Assembly: GCA_038087875.1 (NCBI GenBank)
Contig: CM075994.1
Location: forward strand, 9,860,001 to 9,924,000
DNA: 64,000 bases
Reading direction: 5' to 3'
From: Malacoraja senta
Lineage: Eukaryota
Position numbers and translations under genes: made by a program. The notes under the pieces are model-generated. The model did no database searches, was not told the origin of the DNA, and saw only the letters and a program-made list of their open reading frames with translations. This document shows positions 63,555 to 64,000 of the stretch, piece after piece; position 1 is the stretch's first letter, and each line of letters opens with the position of its first letter.

Positions 63555-63835
63555 ATGGGTGAAACCGAATGCAGAACTGATCATTTTTGGAACAATCGAA
63601 GCCAGTTTGGAGCTGACTTTGTTTCAAAGGAGCTTTCTTAATTATGGCTTAATAATGGTAAAAAAACTTATACTGAAATTCTGGAAAAACGCTCCCACGC
63701 CAATAACAAAAATGTGGATTTCTAATATGGCGGAACTGTTACACCTAGAAGATATGAGATTCCTCTTAGCAGGTAAACCAGACCAATTCCAAAAGATTTG
63801 GTCTCCATTTATCGACTTATTACAAATATATGATG
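63555..63835 (+). mobile_element. L1 ORF2 3' fragment, opposite orientation
   Basis: LIIFG..KKLILKFWK..P....WIS..LHLE..F.KIWSPFI (ORF 63559..63978). Confidence 0.8.
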
Positions 63836-64000
63836 TCCTGACCCACCTCATAACATATCATATTATATCATATTATATTGTCTCCTTGGCCTTTGCAATT
63901 TACAATGCAATCGACACTTTTATATGGGGTTTGTGTAATTTACAATGCTCTTCACTTCCCCTTTATATAGGGTTTTAGGCACTTTCTTTATTTCTTTCTT

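Overview
Repeat-dense vertebrate genomic DNA. The CR1/L1/Rex1/Penelope/tRNA-SINE mix and the RFP-like TRIM genes suggest a cartilaginous fish, probably a skate or ray (inference only). About 53 kb of the window is two diverged tandem copies of one ~25-30 kb unit: copy A ~1-25.5 kb, copy B ~25.5-53.2 kb, with a further 4.3-kb tandem duplication inside B. Each copy carries a 6-exon RING/B-box/coiled-coil/B30.2 TRIM gene. Copy A has an open 471-aa reading frame. Copy B has a 1-nt deletion at the end of exon 3. Their B30.2 differences cluster in patches matching the variable loops. Just downstream of each gene, on the opposite strand, is an unusual non-autonomous Ty3/Gypsy-like LTR element: a Gag N-terminus is fused to intronless fragments of two host genes (ASPM IQ repeats and the TLK2 coiled-coil region), followed by a polypurine tract and a 160-bp LTR. 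Internally deleted Helitrons (5' TC, 3' hairpin + CTAG, PIF1-helicase remnant, 30-bp minisatellite) recur through the unit and sit at the junction between the copies. The last ~11 kb is a pile of nested L1 and CR1 LINE relics. All family assignments are from motif recognition by eye; no database search was run.
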